A stretch of 61,443 nucleotides of DNA from Salisapilia sapeloensis CBS 127946 (Eukaryota; Protista; Oomycota). This document shows, one piece after another, positions 50,114-61,435 of the stretch (positions are counted from its first letter, which is position 1; each line of letters starts with the position of its first letter). Below the pieces are notes generated by a model, which saw only the letters and a list, made by a program, of their open reading frames with translations, searched no databases and was not told where the DNA came from. The translations under genes and the position numbers were made by a program. The DNA lies in the NCBI GenBank assembly GCA_023334545.1, contig JAADVB010000097.1, positions 1-61,443 of the forward strand. The letters run 5' to 3'.

Positions 50114-52361
50114 TTAGGACTTGAGGCTCAAGAGGGCGACGTCGCCGCTCGAAAGGCAGGCAGCGACGAGATCTCCGCTCCGATGCCATGCCACATCGTA
50201 GACGTCCCCTCGCACTTGCCACGTTTTAACCACACTTCCGTCCTACAGGTGCAACGGACAATGGATCAGACATGCGTAGATGAAGACAAAAATGACAGAG
50301 AAATGTACCTTGACCGACCAGACCGTCACTCGGCCTCCTATTGTACCACTCGCAATATACTCTCCGTCTGGGCTGTACGCGACGCCGTATACACCATTTC
50401 TACAAGTTGAACGTCTTGTCAATACGTCGGTCTGTATATTATCAGCGCAACAAACGTACGAATGGTCCAGCGTCCGTCGGCACTTGGTCGTCTCTACGTC
50501 CCAAACTTTGACGGTCGTGTCAAAGGAGGCACTCACAATTTCGTTGCCGCTACTACTCCAACGAAAGGCGTAGACCTCCTTGTCGTGGCCCTTGAACGTC
50601 TTGACGCACACACTTTCCTCTGTCCCGATCCTGTCCACGTCCCAGATCCGCAGCGTCCGGTCGTCTGAACAGGACGCTAGCAAATTCTTCTTTGTCGGGT
50701 GGAAAGCGAGGCTGTTAACGCTTTCTTCATGGCCGTGGAGCATCCCGAGGACATAGAACGAGGCCGAGTCTTCCGCTAGTCGGAGGACGGACAGCGTATG
50801 GTCTGAAGAGCATGTCGCCAGCGTGTCTGCATTCTGCCACGCAGCGTCCATGATTGGGTCATGGTGAACACTCAGCTGTGCCTTTTTCACCTGAGCAGTA
50901 GCATCCCATAGAGCGACCGTTTTGTCGAAAGAGGCCGAAAGGAGCAAATTTGGATGCGTCGGGTTCCATCGGGCGGCAAAGACCGGACCATTGTGAACTT
51001 CACAGACCTGCGACAACTCGCCTTCTGCCGTCCAGATGCGCATTCGGCCGTCAACAGAGCCTGTGGCGAGAAGAGACCCGTCCTTCTATAAGAGAGACAC
51101 TCGTTAGTTGTAATGCTTACATGCTCTTGTCAGGATGAAACTTACATTCCACTCGAGAGTCGTGATATCTCGCTTTGCGCCTCCTTCATGATGCAAGACA
51201 AAGGGAGGTGACAGAGCCGACTGGGACTGTACCGCTTCTACTGAAACGTGCCACATTCGAGCTGTCGAGTCACTCGATCTACAGCAAGCACAAGAAAAGT
51301 TGGTTCTATGCTATCAAGAGAGTACGATGACCATGGTGCATCCGTACCCTGTGACGAGAAGGTCTTGCACTGGATGCCACGCACAATTATAGACCTGTCA
51401 GCAGAGCAAATAGCTTTACAAACAGGACTCATTGGAATTGAAATAGAGACTGTACTACCTCTTGTTCGTGTCCTGACAGTAGCAGCGTCGGGTCTTGTTC
51501 TGCAACCTCCATCGTCCCATTGACATCTATCGTTCCAAAATGAGCATTTTGATGAAAATTCCAAAGAGCCAACTTGGCAATACCTTTGGAGTCATCGATC
51601 GTGTCTGGAGAGCTGTCTGTTGGATTCTTTCGCTTTCGTTTGTTGGATGGCTTTCCTTTGCCCGCCGCATTCGAGTCCTCACCTGCCTGCGCGGGGGCCG
51701 GGTCTGACATGGCACCTGCTGGAACGCCAGATTGGGCGTCCGATACGATGGAGCAGACGTGGGGACTGAGCAACGACAGCTCTGCTTCGCATTCTCGTTC
51801 CGAGCCGTCCTACAATGGAGCACATATGCATTTAATTCACCTAGTTCGACCATTTGCGGCTGTGAGTCCATGTCCTGGCAATGAGAGCATGGTGGTGGGA
51901 TTGCAGAGCGATGCAACGTCCAGGACACCAATATTGATGGTCTTCATTTGTCATGGAGTGTAAAGTAACGGTAAAGTGGTAATACCTCGTTCACGTGAGC
52001 TTCGACGCTGACGTATTGCAGTCCCTTTTGGATGAACGAGACGAGTGCTCCTGGTGGCACATTCGTGTCGATGACGCTGGATTTTGCCAACTGGCTTTCG
52101 TACGCGAACGTGAATGCCGAGTGGAGAAAGCCTAAAATGCAGGTAGAATCCCACGATACAAAACCGACATTAGTCACTGGCAAGTCTTTCGTTATAGCTG
52201 CATGAGGCGTCGGCCGCGTATGGAGCGTATAACGTCCGATTGCTTTCGAATGCGAGGGCGCCTCATGTGGCAGGTGGGAACGTGTTGGCGTAAAAGAACG
52301 CACCTGACTCTTGCAAGTATCGGTAGATGAGGAAGTTGACTTCGTCGGAGGAGATGGCCAT
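50114..52361 (-). CDS. TBL1: TBL1/TBL1XR1-like LisH + WD40 repeat corepressor subunit, eight exons
   Basis: MAISSDEVNFLIYRYLQES|GFLHSAFTF...VPPGALVSFIQKGLQY plus WD40 repeats. Inferred introns: 52132-52303, 51810-51985, 51395-51458, 51279-51347, 51086-51145, 50400-50459, 50243-50308. Confidence 0.9.
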
Positions 52362-52668
52362 GGTCGCGACGAGTGTCCGAGAGACCTGCTGAGCCGATGC
52401 TGCGCCGTATACTTGGCCCTCCGGTCGAGGTGCTTTCGCTGAGGACGATTTGGCTTTGGCTGTGTGCCATCGTATACAAACTTCGACTCAGAATGACCCA
52501 TTGAAACCGCGCGGTTTCCATACGAAAAGCGCCACCAGACGCTCCAGTATTTCGGACCGACGCCAAACACGACGGAACGCCGCCAAGGCGATCAAGCGCC
52601 TTCGAAAGACTGGACACTAACATGGAGCTACCAACTCGAGTCGTGTTTATACGGAAAGGAACTACACT

Positions 52669-53581
52669 CTAGGTAACAAGCGTCTTTAGCAGAGCCGTGG
52701 CCTCGGCTTGGGCCTGGCGATCCTCGTTCGACAGCGCCGTGCCGATAGTCGCCTGGCGAGCCCAGTAGCGCACGCTGTCCTTGTCGCCGAGTCGCTGATA
52801 GACCTGGGCAAGCAGGAGCGAGTTCTTCTTCCAAGAGCTGGCACACAACTTGTCGCACTGGAGCAAGTACTCGAGGGCTTCTTCATAGGAGGATTCTGGC
52901 GGCGTTCCGAAGAGCAACGCCGCTGCCTTGCGTTCTAGCCAGGACAGATCGGCCACCGTCATGCACCCTATTGACGTCGATTAGTACATTGTGAAGGATG
53001 AAAATAAGAGCAGACGTACATCGACCGAGGCAGTGGTAGGGCGTCGGATGGCGAGGATTGAGCTCCAGCGCTCGTTCCCAGTGCTCCTTGATAATGTACG
53101 AGTTGGCGATGGCTTCCTTAGTGCCTTCAAAGTCGCCCACGGCAGACAAGACGATGCCATACCAGTTATGGATCTCGGCCATGTCCTCTCGAAGCTTGAG
53201 CCCCTCATCCGCAAGATCGCGGCAGTAGTAAAGCAGCTGCTTCTTCTCGTCCTTGGAAGTCTTCGGACCCATGGCAACGTCATACGCCGCTCGGATGAGC
53301 CTCCAGAGGACATGAATGTCTTCCGGATTGCTGTCATGCATCTTCTGCAGTTCTTCTAGAAGCTTCCGACGGTCGACCTTGGCGTCATTGTACAGCTCCT
53401 CAGCTCGGATAGAGTCCGCAGACTCTTTCGGAGGAGCCGAATTCTGACTTGCATTCACTTGGGAGAACGCGATGGCAGCGACAAAGGGCGCAATCGGGAC
53501 GAACTTGGTGGCGTTCGATACCGGAGCGCGTGCAAGAGCTACAGTGGACGCCGCTCGTTTGGTCCATCGAGCGGACGTCAT
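52669..53581 (-). CDS. RMDN1: Regulator of microtubule dynamics protein 1-like (FAM82/RMDN)
   Basis: VLWRLIRAAYD, HNWYGIVL, IKEHWERALELNP. Intron 52968-53019 joins CLGR|WCMTVADLSWLERKAAALLFGTPPESSYEEAL. Start codon uncertain. Confidence 0.85.
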
Positions 53582-53768
53582 TCGCAAGAAAGCTATGGCA
53601 CAGTATGAGTGTACATTTCAAGAGAGCAAGAGGACGAGGGCCTACGTTTGAAGTAGCGCATCCTTGATCTCGTGTGCGGCGGAAGATGTGGCCGAACGTG
53701 TGCCCTTTGTACGTACTTTTACAAGACTGTCCTAGTGAAAATGTGGCATATCCATTCCTCTTACTTGG

Positions 53769-55312
53769 CTACTGGTCCTTCTGCCGAGCCTTGTCGTACC
53801 GGTCGGCATAGTACGCTTCCTCCGTCTCCATCTTGCTAGCAAACTTCTTCTCGAATCGCTCTCGGTTGGAGTTGATGCGAGCGACAATGTCGCCCACGTC
53901 TAGAGACAGCGGACTGTCCAGTCGACGGAAGAGCCCTTCGTCCTTGGCGTACTGGAAACGATCCTTTTCGCCTCCAGCTCCAAAGTCGTCTCGGTCCTTG
54001 TGCGACCCACAGACAACGTGCTGGATGTCGAGCGACGCCACCATCTCTTTCGTGATCGTCCACGGTGCGTCGATCAGGACGTCGTCAATGTACTTGCAGC
54101 CAAGGACGCTCAGCACGCGTTCATGCAGATTCATGATCGGATAGTTCCGGCCGCGGTGGGCGTTCACCAGAGCGTCGTTGTGAACTCCGACGATGAGGTA
54201 CGTTCCGACTTGCTTTGCCTTCTTGAGGATCTCCACGTGGCCTGCGTGGAACATGTCGAAGGCGCCGTCAATGTACACGACCGTGTCGTTCGGCTGTGGA
54301 GGACGGTGGCCGACGCTGAAGAGGCGGAGCATCCGGTTGGTCGTGAGGAAGCGGGAGGGGCGCTCGTACTTGGGCTGCTTGGAAGCTTTCATGCGACTCG
54401 ACAGCTGCAGTCCTTCGCCTTCGCCTCCGAAAGAGTCGTGCGTATGGTGCGTCTTGTGCATGATGAGCATGCGGCCTAGAATGTCCGACGTCGAGACGCC
54501 TTCGGTCCGAGGGATGGTGCGGTACTTGCCCAGCTTTTGCGCCGACTCGTACACGTCTTTGCCGTCCACGATGCATGGGTCGTCTCCGTGGACAACGTAG
54601 TCGATCCGGTGCTAGCGTTTATGTGAGATAGATGATAAAGATGTGGATGGAATATAGTACCTTGGCGATCATCCGCTTGAGGTACTCGTCATTCATAATG
54701 TAGGGGCAGTGTGGCTCTACCTCGTTTACGAACTTGCATCCTTCCACAGATGCAATCCTTTCCTCTGTAGATCGATTAGGAGACGAATACATGGATATTT
54801 TTAATCGAGCAAGTACCGTTATTAAGGACAGGTGGAGCTCCTTTGCATGCTGTGATGGATTCGTCGTCATTGACACCCACGACGAGGTACGTTCCGAGCG
54901 ACCTCGCCTGACGGAAGGCGTTCATGTGGCCGTAGTGCATCATGTCAAAGGCACCATCCATCCAGATGCGGATCTCGTCCTTGGTGTTCACGCCGGCCTC
55001 CTCCTCGAACTCCATTTCGGCCATCTTGTCCTGCAGTCGCTCGACCTTTTCCATTGCCGACTCTAGCTCCGTTTGCAGTCTTTGTCTGCGACGACGGTGG
55101 CGACCGCCAAAGAGGACAAAGTAGGCAAAGAGTGTAAAGATCCCCGTGAGGAGCGCGATGGCGAGTCGCTCTGCGTCCGGGTACGGTTCCGGGAACCCCA
55201 TTTTGCGGAAGACGCCGTGCACGTACTCCATGGCGTCGGAGGCCGTGTCGGAGTGCAGGACGTCATGGCAGTAGTCTACGACGCGCGTACCGAAGGGGTC
55301 GTCTTCGGCCAT
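53769..55312 (-). CDS. PCYT2: Ethanolamine-phosphate cytidylyltransferase with N-terminal membrane anchor, three exons
   Basis: Two cytidylyltransferase domains (WMDGAFDMMHYGH; YIDGAFDMFHAGH), HGDDP, RTEGVSTSDI. Introns 54765-54816 and 54612-54660. Confidence 0.93.
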
Positions 55313-55449
55313 GTCGAAAGCTTTGCTCCGGGATCGAGGGGGCGGCCCAGTTTACTCTTTAATATTCACTAATTTAGGTCTATTTGAAGCAGGCATAGAA
55401 AAGTCCATAGAGAGCGATCGACTGGCGTGGAGCCGAATGCCAACAGGAG

Positions 55450-55465
55450 GCTCATTTCACGTTTT
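55450..55465 (+). promoter_or_regulatory. Oomycete Inr+FPR core promoter of the uL10/P0 gene
   Basis: GCTCATTTCACGTTTT matches GCTCATTYYNCAWTTT at 15/16, about 58 nt upstream of ATG 55523. Confidence 0.7.
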
Positions 55466-55522
55466 GACGCGCAGCTCTCCATCCTCTAGTGGTTAAAGCC
55501 GACTGCGTGAACTTTAGCAACA

Positions 55523-56482
55523 ATGGGTCTCTCTCAAGAACGTAAGCAAGAGTACTTTGAGCGCCTCGAGGCTCTCCTCGAGAACTACACGCGCATCTTC
55601 ATGGTTACCGTCGACAATGTCGGTTCCAAGCAGATGCAGCAGATCCGTATGGCTCTTCGTAACAAGGCCGAGGTCCTCATGGGCAAGAACACGCTCATGC
55701 GCAAGGTCTTGACCAACTACATCAAGAAGAACCCGGGTCACCCTCTCGAGCAGCTCGTGCCGCTCCTCAAGGGCAACGTCGGATTCGTTTTCACCAACCA
55801 AGACTTGGGTGAGGTCCGTGAGCTCATTGAGAGCAACAAGGTCCCTGCCCCTGCCCGTGTCGGTGCCATCGCCCCCATGGATGTCATCGTGCCTCCTGGT
55901 CCCACTGGTGCTGACCCCGGTCAGACGTCCTTCTTCCAGGCTCTTTCTATTGCCACCAAGATTATGAAGGGTCAGATTGAAATCACCAACGAGGTGCTCC
56001 TCGTCAAGGAGGGCGAGAAGGTCGGTAACTCTGAAGCCGCTCTGCTCCAGAAGCTCGACCTCCGTCCGTTCTCGTACGGTATGGTCATCACGACCGTCTA
56101 CGACAACGGTTCGCTCTTCGACGCCAAGGTCTTGGACCTGACGGACGACGACTTGTGCGCCAAGTTCGTTGCTGGTGTCCGCAACGTCGCTGCCGTGTCG
56201 CTCCAGATCGGATTCCCGACGCTCGCCAGTGTGCCTCACTCTGTTGCTTCGGCCTTCAAGTCCCTTGTGGCCATCGCTGTCGAGTGCGAGGACTTCTCGT
56301 TCGACCGTGCTGATCCGTTCAAGGCCTTCCTTGCGGACCCGTCTGCCTTCATCTCTGCTGCCCCTGCTGCTGGCGGTGCTGCTGGTGGCGAGGCTGCTGC
56401 GGAGGCTCCTGCTGAGGAGGAAGAGGAAGAGATGGACCTCGGCGGCGGCATGGACATGTTCGGCGGCGGAGAAGACTACTAA
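55523..56482 (+). CDS. RPLP0: 60S acidic ribosomal protein P0 (uL10)
   Basis: VDNVGSKQMQQIR, MGKNTLMRK, GNVGFVFT, PAPARVGAIAP, TSFFQAL, TKIMKGQIEI. Ala-rich hinge and acidic tail. Strongly biased codon usage. Confidence 0.98.
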   Translation: MGLSQERKQEYFERLEALLENYTRIFMVTVDNVGSKQMQQIRMALRNKAEVLMGKNTLMRKVLTNYIKKNPGHPLEQLVPLLKGNVGFVFTNQDLGEVRELIESNKVPAPARVGAIAPMDVIVPPGPTGADPGQTSFFQALSIATKIMKGQIEITNEVLLVKEGEKVGNSEAALLQKLDLRPFSYGMVITTVYDNGSLFDAKVLDLTDDDLCAKFVAGVRNVAAVSLQIGFPTLASVPHSVASAFKSLVAIAVECEDFSFDRADPFKAFLADPSAFISAAPAAGGAAGGEAAAEAPAEEEEEEMDLGGGMDMFGGGEDY

Positions 56483-56672
56483 GCTCTTGTGAGAGTGGAA
56501 TGAAAGACATACCCATTGGTCTGTGCTACTTTTTGTGTTTCTGTAATCTCTTGTCTTTTGTATGTAGTGTGTGGTAGATTGTGGATTATAAATTCAAATT
56601 TGAACGACAGCTCTTGGCATCGCCTCCCTCCTTCGCGTGAGAGCTCGAATTCTTTCGGTTGTACAGGCGATT

Positions 56673-58143
56673 ATGATGACTCAAGCCAATGCAGCGACTG
56701 GCTGTAGCTGTCGAAGAGGTCTGTGCCAAGAGGCTGCCTGTCCATGCTCTGCGGCAGGCAAGTCATGTCTTTCCACTTGTACCTGCACACGATGTCAGAA
56801 CTATTCTACGGTATTCATACAGCATCGCTATTTGCATCGCTTCTGTCAAGTTATAAGCTCATACATGCGCGTAGATGTCTCCGTCGGATGCTACGTTGCC
56901 TATGAACACCCAATCGACACCAAAGACCAGCTACAGGAATGCATTTAGCTCACCTAGTGCCACTCGCGCATCCACTGTTAGTAGGTCACAAGGCACGCCG
57001 TCGTCTACTAAAAGTAAAAGTCCAAACACGCCTGCTAAAGCTACTGCTGCTAGTCGCCTAGCTGCTCAACAGAAAAAGGCGGATGTGCTATTGCGGAGGG
57101 AGGTGTGTGACTGTGCGAACCGAGGTTGTGGACTACAAGGTCCGTGCCCCTGTCTAGAGACGTATGGAGGGTGCGATACGCGTTGTGCGTGCAAGGGCAA
57201 TCACATCAAAGACTTGTCAAATTCCTCGACCAAGCGGGCTTCTGCAGACTCTGTCAGCCGTGGCTGCAGTTGCAAGAAGAGCAACTGTCTCAAGCTCTAC
57301 TGCGAGTGTCTTGCCAACCAGCGAGTGTGTGACTCCCGATGTCGCTGCGACGGATGCAAGAACCACGCCGGCCATGAAAAGGATCGTGACTTGGCGATTG
57401 CTCAGATTCTGGAACGCAACCCGTTGGCTTTCCAGCCCAAAGTCATGACGGGGGCATCCAGACACTTGAAAGGGTGCAACTGCCGCAAGAGTGGCTGTGT
57501 CAAAAACTATTGCGAATGCCATCAGGCAGGTGTTGCCTGCACGCATCGATGTGCATGTCACAACTGCCGCAACACTGGCGGGCATGACGCGGCGGACTAT
57601 ACTAGAAAGTCTCTGAGGGGCTCGGGTGATACCTTGGAATCTTACAACGCTGCAGACTACGTACAAGACACGGACAGTCCGTCTCGGTTTGGTGGGTCAC
57701 CAATGCCGACGAGGATGAGCTCCCGTGAGAGGAAGGTAGGGTCTAAACGGTCCTTTGCTACGCTTTCAAGCGATGGAGGTACAGTAGACGAAACGTTTGT
57801 CGAAGGACAAGAGACAGCATTGCCTTCAGTGGACTCTGCACTTGCTCTGGTATATGGCGAGACGACTAGCTCCTTTAGTCTACATCGACTGTGCGAGTCG
57901 CTCTTGACTGCAGCAGTGGCGGCAGACAGCTCGGGTGATACGCAGTCGTTGGATGCAAATGAGGGTGTAGAGGACCGAGCAGTGACTCGGCGACTTTTGA
58001 TGGATGATAGCGACACGGATGACAGACCGAGTGACCAGGAAGGAATGGCGCAAGAGAGAGAAGTTTTGCAAGAGATGAGTGTGTGGCTTCGAGCGATGGC
58101 ATCGAGGGATAGTACGTTGGAGGAAAAGGCAAGTCGACAATAA
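56673..58143 (+). CDS. Tesmin/TSO1/LIN54-like CXC (CRC) domain protein, two exons
   Basis: GCSCKKSNCLKLYCEC...ERNPLAFQPK...GCNCRKSGCVKNYCEC. An upstream Cys-rich exon 56673-56810 joins by phase-0 intron 56811-56874. Confidence 0.88.
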
Positions 58144-58228
58144 GAATGGTGAATTTTTGAATCGGATGAACGTGTTTCTTCTCTCGATGGCAGCTCCAGT
58201 ATCTAGCAAGCGTCTATGGGCAGAATCA

Positions 58229-59722
58229 CTAGTACAGAGTGGAGGCTGGGATGCCTTCTCGTTCATAGATGTGCTCGATCGCCTCGAACACCGAATCCAC
58301 GACTTCGTCCGGCGTGTGCTCAGGGTCGGTCGAGCCGTCGTAGATGCCAGTGCGAACGAGGATGGAGGACCAGTGGCCACCTGCTTGATTGGCACCGTGG
58401 ATGTCCGAATGAGGGTTGTCTCCGATGCCGTAGATACTGCTGAGAGGGGACTGATCGTCGCGGTTAGCGATTGAATTGAGTAGACCTTCTGCAAACGTGT
58501 AGGTGACAGACTCCGGCTTGCCATAGCGAGTGACCTCCAGCTTCTTTCCGGTTCGGCCTTCGTACAACAGCCGAAGACAGCTCGTGAATGCGCCTGCTCT
58601 TTCGTGAGTTTACTTTACTGTGAAGATACTAGATGAGGCTACCTTGCGCGTAGCGAGGGTGTGGGTAGGCACCACTGAAGAGGAAGTCGTTGTTGCTCGT
58701 GTAAAGTGGTGTCTGCTTCTTGTCGGATCGACCACTGCCAGGAGGTGTACCTGAGAACGTGATTATCAGTCATTTGTGTTGATGCTAGGGAGCAAAGGTG
58801 CAACCTCCAATAAGAACGTCCGTCGCGATCTGGATTTCAGGAGCCCAGTCTGTCGGATCATGCATGACAATGATTGCCTCTACTTCTTCATCGGCGTAGT
58901 GAGCATCTCTAGGTAATACAGCCAATTTACAGCAGAACAAAAGGATGTCGAAATACTTGGATCTTACTTTTGAGGGTACTGTCGAAACGGGTACGCATAT
59001 GGGTAGTGGTGAGCGATGTCTTCTACCGATACGACTTTCTTGAATCCGTAGCTTTCAGCCTACCCATTGATATGCTATTGATCTAATGACTTAGATTGGT
59101 TCATAACGAATAGGACGTACAACGCTGTAGACGTCGTGAGAGCCCATGATGAGCACCTTGGAGTCTGATCGTTTGTCATGAGATGCATGTAGATGAAAAC
59201 AAAATATAGAATTATCGTACCTCCGTACGTGTTGGCTAGCTGCTGCATGGGAGTGTGCGAAAGTTGCACTTGCTTCGGGTTGATATACATATCCAGCGTC
59301 TTCCCAAGACTTTCTGCCTTGTGGGACTCATGGCATCCTACACCATAGACACAGTAGAAATTAGTGTTCTATCTCCGCGTATCTTTATCATAGGCATTAT
59401 TACCTCCGCCATTTGTCAGGAAAATGTATGGCACATTGTTACTCTCGAGGCTTTGTAGCACTTGCTTTGCCCTAGGAATTGGATCTCCTCCTCTGCAAGT
59501 CACAAAATGTTTAGAAATAACAATGCAAATGAATTGTTAACAGTGTCTGCGATGGACAAAAGCAGGAAGAGGCAAAACGCACCTGATGAGGACACCATCA
59601 ATGTCAAACGCAATGCCAAAGGACGGACTTGGCACCCTGTTCGTGGCAGAGGGGATGGAGCTCAGCCACCTCCTCTGTTTCATGACGGGAAGTCGTCTCG
59701 TGATAGTCGAAAACATACTCAT
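58229..59722 (-). CDS. HDHD5: HAD-superfamily subfamily IIA hydrolase, CECR5/HDHD5-like, multi-exon, probable mitochondrial presequence
   Basis: FGIAFDIDGVLIR|GGDPIP (intron 59493-59582); YGKPE...IYGIGDNPHSDIHGAN...SILVRTGIY. Internal exons were not fully resolved. Confidence 0.88.
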
Positions 59723-60347
59723 AATCAGCAATTGGGTCCTACGACTCGGAAGTGATGCAAGCGTGCGAGCAGCCGTGACGGGATCCGCACTTGGTGACCA
59801 CAGTCTTTGTTTACAAAATGCCACAGTGTCATTGAAGTACAAAAGTAAATTCCCATGGACTGCTTGGATCTCAATTCCATTTACTTTAATCTCATTAATA
59901 CTGCAAAGACGCGGGTAAACTGTTTAATGTAAGCACCATTTCATTCTTTGCAAAGTAATACACCCCTTTCTCTTTTGTATTGATTGATGTTTATCCACGT
60001 TCAAAGGAACGATTTCCTTGGCGAAGTTTCCACATGAACTTTGCACATAAAATGCCTCGTAGCTAAAAAGATTCCCTTCTGTATTACAGGCGGCTTAATT
60101 ATCCTACTAAGTAGGTAATTATGTCTAACCTGCTGCTCTTTATTCGCCAAAATACCTGAGAGTTGTATTTGAACAAGGCGTGAACGGCTTTGCTTGGCGT
60201 GAGGTCTACCTGCGATATAGATCGGACATCTTAATTTTGGAAATTCGGAATTTAACTAGCATGGACCAGCTTGACCCGGACTAAAAACCAAGCGAATTAC
60301 ACTAGAAAGATGGCTACTTTTAGCGATAATGTACTGCACATATACAT

Positions 60348-60596
60348 TAGGGCATGTCAAACCTGTCAAAACCGCAAAATATAATGAGGTATCTGATTGC
60401 CAAATAATCGGACATAACTCCTAAAAAAAGTCGGACGGTGTATTTCGAGCGCTCATGAATCAGTCAGGCTCCAAATAGGATAAACCACCTCCGGAGGTGG
60501 TTTGCTTTATTTTGGAAATAAGATCAGTAGAACCGAAAGATGAGAATCTCATTTAAGAAAAATGAGGCACTTATTGGGCGGGTTTGACATCCCGTA
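60348..60596. mobile_element. Non-autonomous TIR element family A, copy 2 (complete, 249 bp)
   Basis: TIRs TAGGGCATGTCAAACC (60348-60363) and GGTTTGACATCCCGTA (60581-60596) match at 14/16. Internal homology to 1-208. Palindrome at 60482-60503. Confidence 0.8.
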
Positions 60597-60597
60597 T

Positions 60598-60788
60598 TAG
60601 GGGGTTCAAAGTACTGGAATCGGACAAAAATTATTCGTCATCTGTGTTCGAGATTATCACCACCAACCTGCATAAATATCGGACTTTTAAATTATCAGAC
60701 TCCCCAAATATCAAAATCTGACGATTAAAATATCCTCATCAGAAAGCAAGAAATATAAGACAAAATTTTGCTACTTTGAACCCTCCTA
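60598..60788. mobile_element. Non-autonomous TIR element family B (191 bp)
   Basis: Left end TAGGGGGTTCAAAGTA; the right end reads TAGGAGGGTTCAAAGTA as reverse complement (identical apart from a 1-nt insertion). Internal ATCGGAC/ATCAGAC motifs. Confidence 0.75.
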
Positions 60789-61419
60789 TTTTGCCATTTA
60801 GCTTTGGCTTCATCTCCCTCAGAAGTTACAAAGACGGTCGCAGTTGTAGCACAGGAGAGCACAAAGCCACGGCTACGATGTAAATTGTCTGCTCGTTGTC
60901 TGTGTCAACCATTTAGCAGATACTGTTAATACGATAAGACTTGATTTTACCACTGACAGCTACAAAGATGCCCGCGAGTGAAGAACAGAAGAGCATCGAA
61001 TGACCGGTACGGTGCGATGCTGTTTGGTCGACGTCTGGAATCATCATCTAGCATACGTTATAGCTTGAATTTCCTGCAGTTCGCCGACGCCATTTCCATG
61101 CTCTTTGGAGGGTTTAAAATCACCTCCGATGGTCTAAGCTAGTTGCCAAGTAGGATAACCAAATCGAGCAATAATATCTACGCACTAGCAAGAGTCGGTA
61201 TCGTTTGCTCAAGTGGTGTCAAAGCAAATACGAATAGAGGTTGTGATTGTACCTTCACAAGCTTACGAATTTTAGCTGCGTTGGTCATTGTCCTGTCCGA
61301 GATATGTTACAATACCTTCAACGAGAAAAATCACACACGACAGAGGGCGGCCCACTCGGCACGCCAGAAATGTTTCCCGCAGTATCGACTCCATCTATGG
61401 AAATGGCAGCGAATCTCCA

Positions 61420-61435
61420 TGTCATTTTCAAATTT
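61420..61435 (+). promoter_or_regulatory. Inr+FPR-like core promoter, probably of a gene beginning beyond the window
   Basis: TGTCATTTTCAAATTT matches the consensus at 13/16, with TCATTTT Inr and AATTT FPR intact. Confidence 0.45.

Noticed and set aside
51810-52303. TPP riboswitch or snoRNA in the long TBL1 introns
   Set aside because: The TPP core motifs (CUGAGA, CCUGAU) and proper C/D or H/ACA boxes are absent.
60097-60120. Imperfect palindrome AATTATCCTACTAAGTAGGTAATT
   Set aside because: Short, AT-rich and single-copy; plausible by chance or as a decayed repeat fragment.
1-60596. Giant element (Starship-like, LTR or provirus) bounded by long direct repeats
   Set aside because: The repeats are self-contained TIR elements. 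No recombinase, integrase, RT or viral core gene is present, and the interior is ordinary housekeeping genes. Kept only as a weak boundary or recombination hypothesis.
60347-60602. TTAGGG hexamers as telomeric repeats
   Set aside because: Only isolated single copies that coincide with element termini; no tandem array.
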